Part shown: positions 29,430-32,000 of the stretch, in pieces
Numbering within the stretch: position 1 is the first letter of the stretch
How the letters are laid out: each line of letters begins with the position of its first letter
Source of the DNA: Candidatus Helarchaeota ASGARD archaeon Hel_GB_B
GTDB taxonomy: Archaea; Asgardarchaeota; Lokiarchaeia; Helarchaeales; HEL-GB-B
Direction of reading: 5' to 3'
DNA length: 32,000 nt
Assembly (NCBI GenBank): GCA_005191425.1
Contig: SUPR01000010.1
Span: forward strand, 1-32,000
Notes under the pieces: model-generated
The model's database searches: none
What the model saw: only the letters and a program-made list of their open reading frames with translations
Told to the model about the DNA's origin: nothing
Program-made: the position numbers and the translations under genes

Positions 29430-30212
29430 ATGAAATACACAGTAATGTCAATCGCGGGTTCAGATAGCGGCAGTGGCGCTGGAATACAAGCAGATTTAAA
29501 GACAATAATGATGCACGACTTATGGGGTGTCTGTGTAATTACGTCAATTACCGCACAAAATACTAAAAAAATTAAAAAAATATATAGATTGCCGCTAGAT
29601 ATTATTGAAAGCCAATTAGATGCACTTTTAGAAGATTATGATATTAGGACTATTAAAATTGGGATGTTATTGAGCCCAGAAATTATTGAACTTGTCTCTA
29701 ATAAAATTAAGAATTTAGGAATTGATATAATCATTGATCCGGTCATGAGATCAACAAGTGGAACAGACCTAATTAAAGGTGATTATGTTTCAACATTGTG
29801 TAAAAGCTTAATTCCATATTCTACGATGATTACCCCGAACATAGAAGAAGCAAAAATATTATCACAAATTGAAATATCTAATCAATCCGATGTAAAAAAA
29901 GCCTGTAAAAAAATCATAGAATTAGGGACTAAATCAGTTATAATTAAAGGAGGGCACATTAATCCATCTATTTCTGAAGTCTTTGATACATTATATTACA
30001 GTAAAAAGTTTTATTATTTTAAAAAAAAGCGCGTAAAAGGTAATTTCCATGGCCTTGGATGCACATTTTCCAGTTCTATTGCATGTAATATTGCTAAAGG
30101 ATATGATATTGTCTCTTCCGTTAAACTTTCAGAAGTTTTTATCGAAAATGTGATTAATAATTCAATAAAAATAGCCCATGGCTTAATACCTGTAAATCAA
30201 AAATATATCTAA
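29430..30212 (+). CDS. thiD: Hydroxymethylpyrimidine/phosphomethylpyrimidine kinase
   Basis: SIAGSDSGSGAGIQADLKT, TAQNT, IKIGML, IDPVM, ITPNIEEA, IKGGH, HGLGCTFSS. Confidence 0.93.
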   Translation: MKYTVMSIAGSDSGSGAGIQADLKTIMMHDLWGVCVITSITAQNTKKIKKIYRLPLDIIESQLDALLEDYDIRTIKIGMLLSPEIIELVSNKIKNLGIDIIIDPVMRSTSGTDLIKGDYVSTLCKSLIPYSTMITPNIEEAKILSQIEISNQSDVKKACKKIIELGTKSVIIKGGHINPSISEVFDTLYYSKKFYYFKKKRVKGNFHGLGCTFSSSIACNIAKGYDIVSSVKLSEVFIENVINNSIKIAHGLIPVNQKYI

Positions 30213-30604
30213 AATAAATACGATATTATTTTCTGATTAGTTATCAAATTTTTACTATTAATTAACAAAATTTCTGTATTAACATTAAATTTAATTTGTA
30301 ATATCCTAAAAGTTAAAAACTTCAAGAAAAAATAGTGTAAAATCTATTTTTCTCGCAATTCTAATCATGAATTTTCTTTTAAAAAAATCATGAAAAATTC
30401 CGTGAAAATTAAAAATTTCCTACTTTATCCATATCTCACCGATTTTTAATATTCTAATTTGATTTTCGCTTATGAATATAGAATATAAATTGAAATTATT
30501 ATTTTTTTAATTGTTTTAAAAACAAGTTTATTAATTTAGAATAAAAAAAATAGAAAATAATGCATTTAAATTTTTTAGGTTCCAAATAATGGATAGTGAA
30601 TTAA

Positions 30605-30916
30605 TTATTCACCTTTAACCTTTTTAATTAATTCTTCTAATTCATTTTGGTCTTTTATAAAAGGAATATCAGGTATATAACCGGGAAGTCCTCTTGTTAA
30701 TTCTTCAATGAGATACATTAACGCCTTGGGAGCGTCCAGTTCCCTAATATCTAAACTGCTACCATCAAATGTATAGGATACTTCTTTCCATTTGCTCTTT
30801 TCTGGGTCTAATGAATAAATTAAGTAAATATAATCTTTAGTATGAATTATTACAGAGGTAACTCCTGGGGACATCGAATTATTCAAAATTTCGACCATTT
30901 CATTTGCTTTTGACAT
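30605..30916 (-). CDS. Hypothetical protein
   Basis: 103-aa ORF with ATG start and globular-protein composition in a locally GC-richer block. Confidence 0.65.
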   Translation of the reverse strand: MSKANEMVEILNNSMSPGVTSVIIHTKDYIYLIYSLDPEKSKWKEVSYTFDGSSLDIRELDAPKALMYLIEELTRGLPGYIPDIPFIKDQNELEELIKKVKGE

Positions 30917-31060
30917 CGAATCCCTCTTTGTTTTTTATTTGTTTTATTACAATTATTAATTAAATTATTAAACTTTTCTAACATTAAAATAAATTAAAAT
31001 GTATCTAAAAACAATTGGTCTTTTGAGAATTGATTTCTCTTTTTAGATTTTAAAAAGCAT

Positions 31061-31357
31061 GTGATAAATATGAGTTATAAGTCATTAAAAAATAAAAAGT
31101 ATTTAGATGCTATAATAAATAGAGTAAAAGACACTAAAATTTCTCTACCTGAAATGATTCAAAAACTTCGGATCAAATTATCCACATTCTATCAATTGAT
31201 TGATGAAAATAAATTGGAAGAATTAAGAACCGCCCAAAATACGGATGTTAAAAATATCATCTTTAAAAATATTATGACAAATATTAATGATTTAGAAGAC
31301 TTTTTAATAGATTTTTTAAAAAATTTAGAATTAGAATTATCTAGATTACAGCTTTAA
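31061..31357 (+). CDS. Hypothetical protein
   Basis: 98-aa ORF; no motif recognised. Confidence 0.4.
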   Translation: MINMSYKSLKNKKYLDAIINRVKDTKISLPEMIQKLRIKLSTFYQLIDENKLEELRTAQNTDVKNIIFKNIMTNINDLEDFLIDFLKNLELELSRLQL

Positions 31358-31606
31358 TTAATTCAAATATTTTATTTTTCAATTTAAAAAAGAAAATGTT
31401 ATTCAAATTTATTGATGCCTAAAAGTATATTGAAAAAATTGATGGTCTTTTGCATAATTTCAATTTATTTTGATAGATACTATTAAATTTAGGTTATGAC
31501 TAAAATATTTATTTATTTCATATAGAAAAAATGTAAAATCTGAATTTTTATAAAAATTAGGCATTAATAAAAAGAAAATATATTTCAAATAATAATGTGA
31601 ATAAAA

Positions 31607-32000
31607 TTGAGAAAATCAATAAAATGGGTCATAATAGTATCAAGTATAATATTTATTTTATTCATAACATGGTTTATACCAATTATTTTCGATAATTTAG
31701 GTCCCACCCCAAGATTTGTTGAAGAAGATTGGACGGAATTAGATAAAATATATGCAATAGGTAAGTTTCATTCCACATTAGGTCATGGTTATCCGGATGA
31801 TAATTCTCAATATTCCGATAAGCATTATTTTATACCCCTTTTTAATTGGGGAAATTCAAGTAATAAAATAAAGGTTTTTTCTCCGTTTGAAGGGAGAATA
31901 GTCAATATTTTTTGGGAAAAACACCGGTTTTCAGATGGGACAATTCAAGGGCACCAGATTTGGATAGAATCAGTACTTCATCCGTCAATTATAGTAAAGT
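31607..32000 (+). CDS. Partial membrane-anchored protein, possibly M23-like fold (runs off the window end)
   Basis: Not in the ORF track. Open frame from TTG 31607: N-terminal hydrophobic anchor WVIIVSSIIFILFITWFIPIIF, then KFHSTLGHGY...KHYF...VFSPFEGRIV...GHQIWI. Confidence 0.6.
   Translation, partial: MRKSIKWVIIVSSIIFILFITWFIPIIFDNLGPTPRFVEEDWTELDKIYAIGKFHSTLGHGYPDDNSQYSDKHYFIPLFNWGNSSNKIKVFSPFEGRIVNIFWEKHRFSDGTIQGHQIWIESVLHPSIIVK

Noticed and set aside
1-32000. Genome-wide reassignment of TAA or TAG to explain the in-frame stops
   Set aside because: Most intact genes here end in TAA, the HEPN gene ends in TAG, and the TIR remnant also carries a frameshift; ordinary decay is more parsimonious.
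1-32000. Selenoproteins (in-frame UGA), SelD, CRISPR arrays, integrases, IS elements, att duplication of the tRNA 3' end
   Set aside because: Looked for by eye and not found; a degenerate copy could have been missed.

Overview
AT-rich archaeal DNA, most consistent with an Asgard archaeon (Loki-/Helarchaeia-like). This is an inference from an Arf/Rag-like small GTPase with a C-terminal extension, a CdvA-like protein and archaeal-type selenocysteine (Sec) machinery. The main result is an unannotated tRNA-Sec (anticodon UCA) gene at 14937-15126. It is interrupted by three introns: D-stem 46 nt, anticodon loop 37/38 24 nt, T-loop 59/60 27 nt. Each intron has a bulge-helix-bulge (BHB) motif readable in the sequence, and splicing at the BHB sites yields a 93-nt archaeal 9/4 tRNA-Sec with encoded CCA. 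The tRNA lies within about 17 kb of selB, SepSecS (stop/start overlap with selB) and PSTK, so four core Sec components are co-located. I found no SelD, SBP2 or UGA-containing selenoprotein in this window. Other observations: a candidate box C/D sRNA (28008-28077, minus strand); a decayed TIR gene plus a HEPN-MNT pair just downstream of the tRNA; an MFS gene broken by two in-frame stops; three possibly paralogous coiled-coil proteins. Housekeeping genes include guaB, thiD, TatD, an M20 peptidase and a D-cysteine desulfhydrase-family enzyme. All family assignments come from motif recognition by eye; no database searches were run.
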